From: Candidatus Kapaibacterium sp.
GTDB taxonomy: Bacteria > Bacteroidota > Ignavibacteria > Kapaibacteriales > UBA2268
Assembly (NCBI GenBank): GCA_937936035.1
Contig: CALGXJ010000128.1
Coordinates: forward strand, 1 to 49,610
Direction of reading: 5' to 3'
Length of the DNA: 49,610 nucleotides
Below the pieces are notes generated by a model that was given only the letters and a program-made list of their open reading frames with translations, was not told the origin of the DNA and made no database searches. Position 1 is the first letter of the stretch; each line of letters starts with the position of its first letter. Positions 20,217 to 30,400 of this stretch are shown here, piece by piece. Made by a program: the position numbers and the translations under genes.

Positions 20217-20518
20217 ATTACCTCCACACTTTATGCGGAGATAGAAGCAAAAACCATCCCCGCAACTACATAATTACGTTAATTAAAGAGATAACCCAAC
20301 TGCCAGGATCATCAGATTTAGACATTTCAATTATTGAATTGTGAAACATAAACCATACAAAATTATCAAAAATATTAATAATACAGAAAGGAATTTTTGT
20401 AGTATTAAGTGCTACAAATTTAAGTCGGACTTTACTACAATAAAATCACAAAAAGGACTATAAATTTTTAGAAAAAAAATCAATTATTTTGTATCAAGAA
20501 AAAATGTGTATTTAAAAA

Positions 20519-20630
20519 CATCGCAAAAGCGATGCATTCGGCAACCGTTGCTCTGTATCTCGCCGAAAAAATCAGCGAAAATGTCATCCCCTTGTTGAAA
20601 ATTTTTAACAGAGCAACGGTTTTTTTTATT
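20519..20630 (+). terminator. Orphan structured element: small hairpin, then a 13-bp long-range stem followed by a T-run (candidate sRNA 3' end or leader attenuator)
   Basis: CATCGC-AAAA-GCGATG at 20519-20534. AACCGTTGCTCTG (20543-20555) pairs perfectly with CAGAGCAACGGTT (20609-20621) and is followed by T8. No plus-strand gene lies upstream to be terminated. Confidence 0.45.
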
Positions 20631-20781
20631 TTTATTTTTCTTTTGTAACATTTTTATTATAAATTTGTTGTAATATCATTATATTTATTTCTTAAAAAAT
20701 TGTTAACTTTAATGTAACTTGCTATTTGAAATTATTTAGTGAGCATAAAAATATATTTTGTTACTATTTGAGAGGTTATTA

Positions 20782-23700
20782 ATGAGAAAATTTTTAAGAT
20801 GGTTTAGCATTGTTGCAGTAGTGCTTTCAGTGCTTGCTGGGACTGTTCGTTCTCAAGAAATTCAGATTGGGACGGGAACAGTAACAAGCTTTTATCCATT
20901 CAATGATAATCCGGATGCAGCCTGCTTTTATTTATACACAGCTGCTGAAATTATTGGTGCAGGTGGAAATCCTGGATTAATTAGAGCATTTTCGATTAAT
21001 GTGGTTAGCCCTACTTATGCTTCTTACGCAGGATTTTCTATATATATGCAGAATACGACTTTGTCGTCTATTACAGGTCCTGTGGCTTCGGGCTGGCAGC
21101 TTGTTTATACTGTGCCATCGTATACTGTAACATCAGCTGGTTGGAATAAGTTTAATTTCCAAGCTGCTAATTACTTTAACTATACTGGCGGGAACTTATT
21201 AGTTAAGATTTGCTATAATAATTCAAACTACGGTGCTATAACAAATGTTTTTGGGACAAATATTTCTGGGCGTGCTCACGTTCGTTATGGTGATGGAGAT
21301 GGTTGTTCGATTACATTTGCCGGGACAAGCGCCGGGACGGTGCCACGTCCGAATGCAAGAATAGAAATTCTCTCAAATCCTCAAATGACTGCTGTTTATC
21401 CTCCTTCATCTACTGTGCTTACTGCTGGTTCGGTTATTCCATTTGAAAGCAATAACCACCCATCTGTAAATATCAAACGTGCATCTATTCAACCAACAGT
21501 TTACGTTAGCTACGCAATTGTTGGTCCATCGACTAGTGCGAATCCGGATACAATATATGTAGCAACAGCAGAAGGCGATTTGAACGTAACAAGAATACCA
21601 TTGACTATTGTTGGCGATCCGAACCCAGTTCGCTATCGCTTTACACATGCAAAAGGTATTGCTGCTAATATAGATCCTCTGGAAGGTCCAACAGGGCAGC
21701 TTGATTTATCGAACCCTGGTATTTCAAGTGGTGAATACACAATCTACTCTCGATTTGAGGTTGATGGTAGACCTGATTTGACACAAGATTACCAGCAAAA
21801 ATTCTATATCGCTCTTCCTTGGGATTTAGTGGCTGTTGGTATTCCATTCCCATTGAAGAAAGAATTTGCAAAATATCCACTTTCTGGGACTACTATTCCA
21901 CTTGGTATAACGGTGCAGAATGCTGGTATTAATCCAGTGGATTCGTTTCGAGTAGAATGCCGTATTTTCAAAAATAGTGTTTTGGTTCACCAACCACCAA
22001 ACGTTCTTTGGGTAAACAAAACTGCTCCACTTCAACCGGGAACAAATACAACTGTGTACTTCCAGAATTTTGCTCCAACAGAAGTTGGTGAATATGAAGT
22101 TCGTGTAAGAGTGTATTTGCTGAACTCGCAGGATCTGAATCCATCGAACGACTTTTTCCCGTCAACTGGCGGTACTCCGCATATTTTCAAGGTAACTTAC
22201 GGAGTAGATGCTAAGCCGGACACACTGTATTCACCAACTGCAGATGAAAACTACAAAATGCGTCCGCAACCTGTAGTCGTTAGGGTTCAGAACAATGGTT
22301 TCGAAGATATTTTCGGAGCATTAGCAACTGTTACAATTACTAACGCACAAGGTCAGGTGGTTTTCCAGGATCAGACTGATATTGATATTATTCCATCTAC
22401 ATTCCCGCCGTATAAAATTGTTCGTTTCCCGAATGAATTTGTTCCTGCTGCTGCCGGGACATATACAGCAACAATAATGATAGATCATCCATCTGAGGGC
22501 AATCCTGTTGATAACACATATACAACTACATTTGTTGTGAAATCCGGCTTAGCAGGAACTTATAAAGTATGCTCGACTTGCTCTGGAAGTAATAATTTCA
22601 CAAGTCTTGCACAAGCATTCGATGAAATTTACAAGAAAGGTGTTACAAGCGAAGTAGTTCTGGAATTGGAAGATGACGTGTATGAATTAGGTAGTATTGA
22701 TTTGCCATATCCTGCACTTGATTTGAGAACAAAAATTATAGGTGCATCGGAAAATTCTAAAATTATCATTCGCCCATCGCAACAGAAGATGGCAAACCGC
22801 GCAAGCGTTGTAGTTAATCTATATAGTGCTTCGGGTATCGGTATTTTGTTCGGACAGAACCATAACCAGACATCTGCATTTGCTCCGATCAACTCTGTAT
22901 TGAACGAGCATAAAAACGACTATGCAACAAGCGATGGTTATATAGTATTCGACGGTGGTCCACAAAAATCTCTTGTTTTCAAAATGTACACTCCTCCATC
23001 GGTAATGTTCCGCGCTCCGTTCTATTTTGGCAATGGTTCCCGTAATATTACCGTTAAAAACTGTATTGTTGATGGAGAAAGCACCACAACATCGTATGCA
23101 TCGAGCTTGCCAAACGTAAAATTTGAGTTTGTTGCAGACCGAAGCCTTTATACATTCGAAGAAAATGTCCGTACCGCCGGCACATATTCAGCTGGGTTTG
23201 TTTTGAGAAACACTCCACCGTTCTTTGCAAGTACCCAAAGCAACTATTACAACCTGGATACTGTTAATATTAGTAATATAGTTATCGAAAACAACGAAAT
23301 AACAAAATTTGGATATGGAATTGTTTCTCTTGGTTTGGGTGTTTTGGATAAAATTAGAGGTCCAGAAGTAACAATTACTAAGCATTTCAACAATAATAAT
23401 AAGTTTATCAAGAACAAAATTTATAATGTAGGGCGTGCTGGTATTTTTGTAGGTTACGAAGAGAATACATTAATCGGACAGAACCGTATATATAATATTA
23501 ATGCTACTACAAGCGATGCAGCTGGTATTATTGTCGGCGGCGAAGACAAAGCAGGATTTTTGGGCTACTACAATAACAATATCAGAATTGACGGTAACGA
23601 AATCAGCGAAATTAAATCTTCGTTCATTACTTTTGGTGTGAAAATCGAACAAGCTTCCTACACATTGCAGGAAGGTGTAAGCCGCACTCAATTCTTCCCG

Positions 23701-26268
23701 AAAGACAAAGAAAAATTTGTCGTTGTCAATAATATGCTCTACGACTTGAAGGTAAATAATGCGGCTGCCCACATTGCCGGTATATATCTTGCTACTGCTC
23801 GTAATCTGAATGTGCCTAACTTCAATGATAGAATTCTGGCACCGGCAAAACCTGGCTTCTTTACACGTGAAGACAAAATTATCAATAATACTATAATTAT
23901 TCCAAACGATGAGTTTGAAAACACTGGTAACATAGCCGGTATTGCTGTGATGCAGAACAAAGATTTAATTATGGGCAATAACGCAATTTCGATTTTGGAC
24001 AATAATATCGCATCTACTGTTGAAACAAGAGCAGCTGTATTCTACTACAATGAAAAACCGAAAGAAGACGGAACTAAAATTGAACGCAATGCCTTCTGGC
24101 TTGCCGATGGAATCGACTACTACCGTTATATTGAAGTTGATGTAGAACGCAATTTGCTTACTCTTGGATTTACCGGTGAATTCAAAACATTGAGCCAATG
24201 GAGATACTGGACTGGCTGCGATATTTATTCTGTGGACTACAATTTCTTGCAAGACCACGAAATGATTGGCGTTAATCCCGGCAATTTAAGAGTTAAAACA
24301 AACCCAACACCGATTAACTCCAAGATTAATAATCGTGGTGCAAGATATGATATTTTAAGTTATGATATTGATGGCAACTTGCGTGGATTTGCAAATCAAC
24401 GTTACGACATCGGTGCTTGTGAATTCAATGGCAGATTGCTGAATGACGATATTGAAATCCACTCGATTATTGCTCCGGGCGCTTATCAAGACCTTCGTCC
24501 AGCATCACTCTTTAACGATGCTGAATATATAATGACACAGGCGCCGGTTGAAGTAAAAGCAATTGTTCGCAATAATGGTAATATGTTTCAGGCTAATGCC
24601 CGATTCAAAGTTGAAATCTTCCGCGAAGATACATTAGGCAACTTCGTTATTCCGGCAATTGCTCCAAAAATCGTAACTGCTCAGATTAGCCCAACTGATG
24701 ATGCTGTTGTTACGTTCGGCTTAGGCGACGGCAAAGATAACGACGACTTTATCCCGCTAACATACTCGCAAGTTGTTGGATACAATCCACCTCAGCATTT
24801 CTCAACAATGTTGCCAAACGTAACTCCTCGTTACAGAATCAGAATAAGCCTTGCTCAAGCTGATGAAATGACTTCAAACAATGTTTTGGAAGACAAAATC
24901 GTTCGCTTCTATCTGAAACGTGCTAAGCTCGATCTGCTTCTTTCTGTAGAAAATAGCTTTGTTCAAATTGATACAGTTTCGGATCCAACACCAATTCAAA
25001 TGGATCAAATCGCTGGCCGTCTGAATGCAGACACCTTGATTGCTGCATTCCGGAGAATTGGCTGGTTCCAGATGAAAGGCGAAGCTGACCACGACTTTGA
25101 TGTTTTCGACCGTCGCGGTTGGGAAGAACGTTCAGTGAACTACACAATGTATCGTTCGCTCTTCTTCGGCGATGCACACGATGAAATGTATTCAACATAT
25201 ACAATTGGCGATATTTTGAAATTCCTGAACAAAGGAAAACTCAACGATAAGAGCAACTTTATCATTGCAAGTCAGGATGTTGTCCGCCAGAATGGTATTC
25301 CTCAATATCTTGATGGGACGTACTTTACAGAAAAAGTGTTGAGAGCCACTCCAAAAGAAACACGTCCATTCGACACATTGTCAGTAGTTCGTGGTTTTGC
25401 AATTGCACGCAACATTAATTTTGTAGCAGTTCCTACTGGCTTCCTTGGCGACCCTGCACCATTAGGTGATGTTGTGAATATGACTGAAAGCGGTATTGGT
25501 GTGGCACGTGTTGGTATGTTCTATGTAGATCCAGAAGATGTAATGTTTGACCAGAAACTAATGTGCGTTGCAACTTCATCCTTATTCACAAACGTGATTT
25601 ACTTCGGGCTCGACTGGAGACACTTCCCAATGGCTGATGCTCTCATTCGTGCGTCGATGGACTTTGTTCAGAACAACGGTGGGACAATTATTCCAATCGA
25701 ACTGTTCTCATTCGATGCTGATGCTATCGGCAAACGCGTCGAACTTAACTGGGTAACTGCATCTGAAGTTAATTCATCAAGATTTGACATTGAGAAAGCA
25801 AAAGTTAGCGATTTGGGTATCGGTGCATTCTCGAAAATTGATGAAGTAAAAGCTAAAGGCAATTCAGCAGTTGCAACAGAATATGGGCCAGTTATCGATA
25901 GAAGCGTTTCTGCTGGCAATTCATACGCATATAGATTAAAGATGATCGACCAAAATGGTGAATTTTCATACAGCAACACAAGAGTTGTAACAATTGATGG
26001 CGAAGGTGCTTTCGAAGTATCTGCAATCTCACCTAATCCGGCAAAAGATTACGCTTATGTTTCGTTCTATTCACCTTCGGAAGGTTCAGCAATAGTAGAA
26101 ATCTACAATATTGCCGGAAGCAAAGTATTAGCTGAATCATTCAACTCAATTACTGCTGGTGAAAATCAGTTGAAATTAGACCTCAGAAGTTTGACTGCTG
26201 GTAGCTACACTGTTGTTGTGAGTGTTGGCAATCATTCAACTACAACAACACTAAAAGTAGTGAAATAG
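20782..26268 (+). CDS. Giant secreted surface protein with CARDB-like domains, a right-handed parallel beta-helix and a T9SS C-terminal sorting domain
   Basis: 1828 aa from the ATG at 20782 (GAGAGG RBS; signal peptide MRKFLRWFSIVAVVLSVLAGTVRSQE). Several V.V.N.G modules resemble CARDB. PbH1-like repeats are present (ITVKNCIVDG, IVIENNEITKFGYGI, NNKFIKNKIYNVGRAGIFVG, NIRIDGNEISEI). The C-terminal tail is SPNPAKDYAYVSF...GSYTVVVSVGNHSTTTTLKVVK. Confidence 0.85.
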   Translation: MRKFLRWFSIVAVVLSVLAGTVRSQEIQIGTGTVTSFYPFNDNPDAACFYLYTAAEIIGAGGNPGLIRAFSINVVSPTYASYAGFSIYMQNTTLSSITGPVASGWQLVYTVPSYTVTSAGWNKFNFQAANYFNYTGGNLLVKICYNNSNYGAITNVFGTNISGRAHVRYGDGDGCSITFAGTSAGTVPRPNARIEILSNPQMTAVYPPSSTVLTAGSVIPFESNNHPSVNIKRASIQPTVYVSYAIVGPSTSANPDTIYVATAEGDLNVTRIPLTIVGDPNPVRYRFTHAKGIAANIDPLEGPTGQLDLSNPGISSGEYTIYSRFEVDGRPDLTQDYQQKFYIALPWDLVAVGIPFPLKKEFAKYPLSGTTIPLGITVQNAGINPVDSFRVECRIFKNSVLVHQPPNVLWVNKTAPLQPGTNTTVYFQNFAPTEVGEYEVRVRVYLLNSQDLNPSNDFFPSTGGTPHIFKVTYGVDAKPDTLYSPTADENYKMRPQPVVVRVQNNGFEDIFGALATVTITNAQGQVVFQDQTDIDIIPSTFPPYKIVRFPNEFVPAAAGTYTATIMIDHPSEGNPVDNTYTTTFVVKSGLAGTYKVCSTCSGSNNFTSLAQAFDEIYKKGVTSEVVLELEDDVYELGSIDLPYPALDLRTKIIGASENSKIIIRPSQQKMANRASVVVNLYSASGIGILFGQNHNQTSAFAPINSVLNEHKNDYATSDGYIVFDGGPQKSLVFKMYTPPSVMFRAPFYFGNGSRNITVKNCIVDGESTTTSYASSLPNVKFEFVADRSLYTFEENVRTAGTYSAGFVLRNTPPFFASTQSNYYNLDTVNISNIVIENNEITKFGYGIVSLGLGVLDKIRGPEVTITKHFNNNNKFIKNKIYNVGRAGIFVGYEENTLIGQNRIYNINATTSDAAGIIVGGEDKAGFLGYYNNNIRIDGNEISEIKSSFITFGVKIEQASYTLQEGVSRTQFFPKDKEKFVVVNNMLYDLKVNNAAAHIAGIYLATARNLNVPNFNDRILAPAKPGFFTREDKIINNTIIIPNDEFENTGNIAGIAVMQNKDLIMGNNAISILDNNIASTVETRAAVFYYNEKPKEDGTKIERNAFWLADGIDYYRYIEVDVERNLLTLGFTGEFKTLSQWRYWTGCDIYSVDYNFLQDHEMIGVNPGNLRVKTNPTPINSKINNRGARYDILSYDIDGNLRGFANQRYDIGACEFNGRLLNDDIEIHSIIAPGAYQDLRPASLFNDAEYIMTQAPVEVKAIVRNNGNMFQANARFKVEIFREDTLGNFVIPAIAPKIVTAQISPTDDAVVTFGLGDGKDNDDFIPLTYSQVVGYNPPQHFSTMLPNVTPRYRIRISLAQADEMTSNNVLEDKIVRFYLKRAKLDLLLSVENSFVQIDTVSDPTPIQMDQIAGRLNADTLIAAFRRIGWFQMKGEADHDFDVFDRRGWEERSVNYTMYRSLFFGDAHDEMYSTYTIGDILKFLNKGKLNDKSNFIIASQDVVRQNGIPQYLDGTYFTEKVLRATPKETRPFDTLSVVRGFAIARNINFVAVPTGFLGDPAPLGDVVNMTESGIGVARVGMFYVDPEDVMFDQKLMCVATSSLFTNVIYFGLDWRHFPMADALIRASMDFVQNNGGTIIPIELFSFDADAIGKRVELNWVTASEVNSSRFDIEKAKVSDLGIGAFSKIDEVKAKGNSAVATEYGPVIDRSVSAGNSYAYRLKMIDQNGEFSYSNTRVVTIDGEGAFEVSAISPNPAKDYAYVSFYSPSEGSAIVEIYNIAGSKVLAESFNSITAGENQLKLDLRSLTAGSYTVVVSVGNHSTTTTLKVVK

Positions 26269-26290
26269 TGCAGATTAATAATACAGAAAA

Positions 26291-26325
26291 GGGAGTTATA
26301 GCAAAATATAGCTCCCTTTTCTTTT
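26291..26325 (+). terminator. Intrinsic terminator after the 1828-aa gene
   Basis: GGGAGTTATA-GCAAAA-TATAGCTCCC (10 bp including one G-U pair) followed by TTTTCTTTT. Confidence 0.8.
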
Positions 26326-26508
26326 CGTAATAATAGTGTCAGAATAGTGTGTAAAAAATCTGACAGTGTTAAAAAAATAGTCAATAATTTGTGGAAAAAT
26401 TTTTAGAAAATTTGAAATTAGAGATAAAAAGAATTATAATAACTTGGTAGAAAAATTCAATAATAATATATTTGTATGCCAAAGGGTCGAATAGTTTCAC
26501 TTTGTTGA

Positions 26509-26582
26509 GCGCCCGTAGCTCAATTGGATAGAGTGTTGGATTCCGGTTCCAAAGGCTAAGGGTTCGAGTCCCTTCGGGCGTG
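26509..26582 (+). tRNA. tRNA-Arg (anticodon CCG)
   Basis: Folded by hand. Acceptor GCGCCCG/CGGGCGT, D-arm GCTC-AATTGGATA-GAGT, anticodon arm TTGGA-TTCCGGT-TCCAA with CCG at positions 34-36, 5-nt variable loop, T-arm AAGGG-TTCGAGT-CCCTT. 74 nt, with no encoded CCA. Confidence 0.9.
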
Positions 26583-26618
26583 CGAAAAAATTAGTATCAT
26601 TAATAAATTAAAGGATTT

Positions 26619-27344
26619 ATGAGCGACAAGATTAATAACCAAAACGAACAGAGTTTAGACGACGAACTTGAAAATCAGGTTCAGGACGAAGGCGGCGAGG
26701 TAAGTTTTATTCAAAAGTACGGTAAATTAATAGCAATAGTAGCTGTTGCAGTAGTAGCAATAGTAGCTGTTGCATATTATTTTACATATACAAGCAATAA
26801 GAATAAAGAAGAAGCAGCTTTGGCGCTTTCGAGGATTAGACCTTATTTCGACAAGGAAGAATATGCTCGTGCATTGTATGGAGGCGATTCGGTTCCCACA
26901 GTGAGAGGCGAGAAAGTATTAGGACTTGTGAAAATTGTTGAAGAGTATTCATCAACTCCGTCAGGTGCAATTGCAGCATTGCTTGCCGGCGATGCATATC
27001 TTGCATTGGATAAAGTGTCCGAAGCACGCAAATACTTCGCAATCGCATCGAAAGCAAAATCTGACGAAGTAGCAAAAGGTGGATACGCTGGTCTTGCTGT
27101 ATGCAACGAAAAGAATAACAATTTAAGCGAAGCAGCAGAAAACTACGAAAAAGCATCAGAGCTGGCAGTAGACCCAACATCTAAGGGACGCTATATGCTG
27201 TTTGCTGGAATTTGTTACGCACGTATGGGAGAAAAAGACCGCGCTATTGAACATCTTACGATGGTGGCAAAAAATCGTGATTATGCTGAGTTTGCAAATG
27301 CTGCAAAAATTGAATTAGCACGACTTGGCACGATTATTGAATAA
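26619..27344 (+). CDS. Membrane-anchored TPR-like protein (YfgM-like architecture)
   Basis: 241 aa. Acidic N-terminus, a single TM (IAIVAVAVVAIVAVAYYF), then an alpha-helical repeat region with TPR-like A/Y/L spacing. Confidence 0.6.
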   Translation: MSDKINNQNEQSLDDELENQVQDEGGEVSFIQKYGKLIAIVAVAVVAIVAVAYYFTYTSNKNKEEAALALSRIRPYFDKEEYARALYGGDSVPTVRGEKVLGLVKIVEEYSSTPSGAIAALLAGDAYLALDKVSEARKYFAIASKAKSDEVAKGGYAGLAVCNEKNNNLSEAAENYEKASELAVDPTSKGRYMLFAGICYARMGEKDRAIEHLTMVAKNRDYAEFANAAKIELARLGTIIE

Positions 27345-27445
27345 AAGCAATTTATGTATAATATTAATTTATATAATGCAAAATGACTATAGATTTTCTA
27401 AGTAACATAGATTTTATAACAAAATTTTCACATTTTGGAGGTAAC

Positions 27446-30400
27446 ATGCAACGATTTTTTCGTATGAGTTTCTTGGCAGCGTTACTATGCATATTCCTTG
27501 GCGTTGAAGGATATGCACAGTTGCCAACTGCTTACGCTTCCGGCAGTATCGCTCCCGGAGAAGTAAGAGTGTTCCAAAGAGACTCAATTTACGTAATCAA
27601 CAAAAAGCTTGTTGTCGGTGGTACTCTTATTATTGAACCCGGGACAACAGTAAAATTCCTTGACAACGGCTGCTTAATCGACTCAACTGGCGGTCGTATC
27701 ATTGCTGACGGTTTCGCTCGTATTACTTACGATCAAACCGCAGTTCCAGACCCGGTATCAGCATTTCCGGCTAATTTAGGTGGTTATGGTTATGCTGATA
27801 TGCGTTATTTCTTATACGATGATGGAGTAAAAAGAACATTATCGTATAACACAAGACGCGACGCAACTGTTAATCCAAGCAAATACAACCATATTTTCAA
27901 CGTTGTATTGGATACACTTGCTCGCAAGCTTGTAAACTTAGATCCTAACAATTTGCCTACAGACCCTCGTTATGTGATTGTTCCTTTTGAATATGCAATC
28001 GCATTCCAGGCAGCTCGCTTATACTTAAATCCAGAAAGCGATCCAAACCTGAAAACATCACCTTGGAAGAGATATGGTGGCGTAGATGTTCCATTTACAC
28101 AGTCAAGAATTCGTTTCATTGGTCAGCCGGTGAACAATTTCTCACGTGAGTGGGGACATATCGTAGTGCTTCCGGGCGCTCGCGCTGCTTTCTTCCGCAA
28201 TGTAGTATTTGAAAACTTCAAAAAAGATACAACTGTTGACCGTCATCCTTACTATGCTCAAAGCGACCTTCCAGGTTTGAATACATTTGAATTCAACGCA
28301 TTGATGAACAGAATTAAGAATTTGACTAACGGTGCCGGCGGTGCATTGACTACTTTCTCATCAAGAACCTGGCTTATCAACGTAACATTCAAAGATAACA
28401 CAGCACGCGTTCGTGGCGGTGCTTTGCAGATACTGCAAGCTCCTGAAGGCTATCCGGTTTATAACACTCCAACTGCTTACTATCCGGCTGGCAAAAACCC
28501 ACAAATTACTGATCGCGATGGAAATCTATCTGAAATCAATTCAGCATATAAAATTCCATTAATTGATAATATTGACGATCCAGCTGCTGAACCACTTCTC
28601 GACCGTGAACGTATGGCTTGGGACGACGCTCGTATAGCAGTTTACTTAGGTCGTGTACGTAATATTAAATTCGACAGAAACAAAGTTATTCTTGCAAAAG
28701 TTGGACAAAAAATATTAAATACAGTTCCTCCTGTTTCTGTAATAACAGAACTTACTGACGTAGCAGCAGATTATCCTTTCGCTTATGGAAACAAAGCATT
28801 CGGTGGTGCTCTCTACATTGCTGGCAATGATGCAGATGAAAATCGCCGTATGGAAATTGCTTTAGGTGTGAACGATAAATTGCTTATCAACGGAAACGTT
28901 GTTGAATTAGACCCTGGTTACAACGACGCTTTGGAAGTAACCAACAACGAAGCATTGAACTATCAGGAGCATAAGAGTTCATTCGGTGCTCGTGGTGGTG
29001 CAATTTATGTTGGTGCTAACACAAGCATTATATTCAGCGGTAAATTCGAAAACAACCAGACTAAAGCTCCATTCCTTGTAAGTGCAAACAATGCAGAATC
29101 TGGCAACGGATTCTTCTCGATGGGTGGTGCTATATTTGCTGAAAACACATTGAACCGCATCCAAATTCGCGGCGGTCAGCGTGAAGCTCTTAAAGTAAGG
29201 ACAGATGTTGATGCTGAATCAACAATTGCTAATCAAACATACTTTGTAAACAACCAGGCTGGTGCTGGTGGTGCAATTTATGTTGATGGCAATGTTTATA
29301 ATTTAGTTTCTCCTGTAATCGGAGGTCATGACAAAACCTGGAACACACGCGATTACGGATTTGATATTAAATTTGTAAACAACGTTGCTTCATCATTCGG
29401 TGGTGCAATTTATTCCAAGAGAAATACAATCATCACTGGCGCTGGTGGCGTTAATGGATCATTGCAATACTACGGCGGTAAATATCCGGTTATTTTCCAG
29501 AACAATAAAGCTGGATATTATGGCGGCGCTCTTGCATTCAACATTCCTAATAATGTTGGAATGGATCCATTCAAGCGCTTAATTCAGGTTGTTCGCGCTA
29601 ACTTCGACGGCAACATTGTTGGTGAAGGTGTTGCAGACGTCAACAAACCAGACATCCGTGGTGGTGGTGCTATTTATTCGCTCAATGGCGACTTGAACTT
29701 AGTAAAAGGGTCGCTCTTTATCAATAATAAAGTATACAATGGTAATGGTGGAGCAATTGCACTTGCAAACCCAATTACTACTATACATAAAATATTCGTA
29801 ACTGACCTCGATATAGTTCACTACGATATGTATGATGCCAAAGATGGCTTTGCTATTGGTTATACATCAGTAAATGAGCCATTTACTTATTCCAATGCTC
29901 CAATTGTTGCTGACGTTCGTATGCTTACTCGCTTCCTCGACAACGCAATCATTCTTGATGATAATGTAATAGCCACACAAATGGGAAGCGGAACAACCCA
30001 AATTGGAAAAGGCACTCCTCTTCCAAGCGACCATATCAACGCTATCTACTGGCTCGATAATAAAGAAGGTTACGCAGTTGGCAACAACGGTATGATCGTT
30101 AAATTCAGCAACGGCGGCGCAAAATGGGACTTTATGCCATCCAACACTAACGTAGACTTAACTGATATTTACTTCACAACTGATGATATTGGCTACGCAG
30201 TCGGTGCATACACAACTATTTTGAAGACAACAAATAAAGGACAAACTTGGACAAAACTAAGTGTTCCATCAATCACTAACGATCCTAAGATCAATGATAT
30301 ATTGTTCGTTGGCACACAAGTAGGTTATGCAGTTGCTGACGAAGGTTATATTTTGAAGACTACAGATGCTGGTGCAAACTGGACAGTTAAACGTCCTGCT

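Noticed and set aside
20217-20520. M-box (ykoK) magnesium riboswitch upstream of mgtE on the minus strand
   Set aside because: I reverse-complemented the leader and looked for the conserved GUUAGGUGAGG, AAUGGGUCAACAG and GCUAAAGCUCUACG blocks, and none is present. Only a weak 5-bp anti-SD/SD pairing (UCUCC...GGAGG) is visible. An Infernal scan would be the decisive test.
20532-20648. 38-aa ORF (MHSATVALYLAEKISENVIPLLKIFNRATVFFIFIFLL) overlapping the orphan terminator element
   Set aside because: It has no Shine-Dalgarno. Its hydrophobic C-terminus is simply the translated T-run of the terminator. The RNA-structure explanation is more parsimonious, though a leader peptide cannot be fully excluded.
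20758-20781. Longer N-terminal extensions given by the ORF track for several genes (starts at 20758, 27383, 35524, 17179, 43839, 6632, 16781 and 9364)
   Set aside because: In each case an internal ATG is preceded by a GGAGG-like RBS or begins a canonical signal peptide or conserved N-terminus. The extra residues upstream would bury the signal peptide. The shorter coordinates were reported.
26733-26774. Exact 18-nt direct repeat GCAATAGTAGCTGTTGCA (period 24 nt) inside the TPR-protein gene
   Set aside because: It encodes the repetitive IAIVAVA transmembrane helix. It is probably a trivial in-frame micro-duplication with no independent function.
27389-27415. 9-nt direct repeat ATAGATTTT (twice, 18 nt apart) upstream of the 2673-aa gene
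   Set aside because: The match is short and lies in very AT-rich DNA. It was not seen upstream of the other cargo genes, so it cannot be told apart from chance without comparative data.
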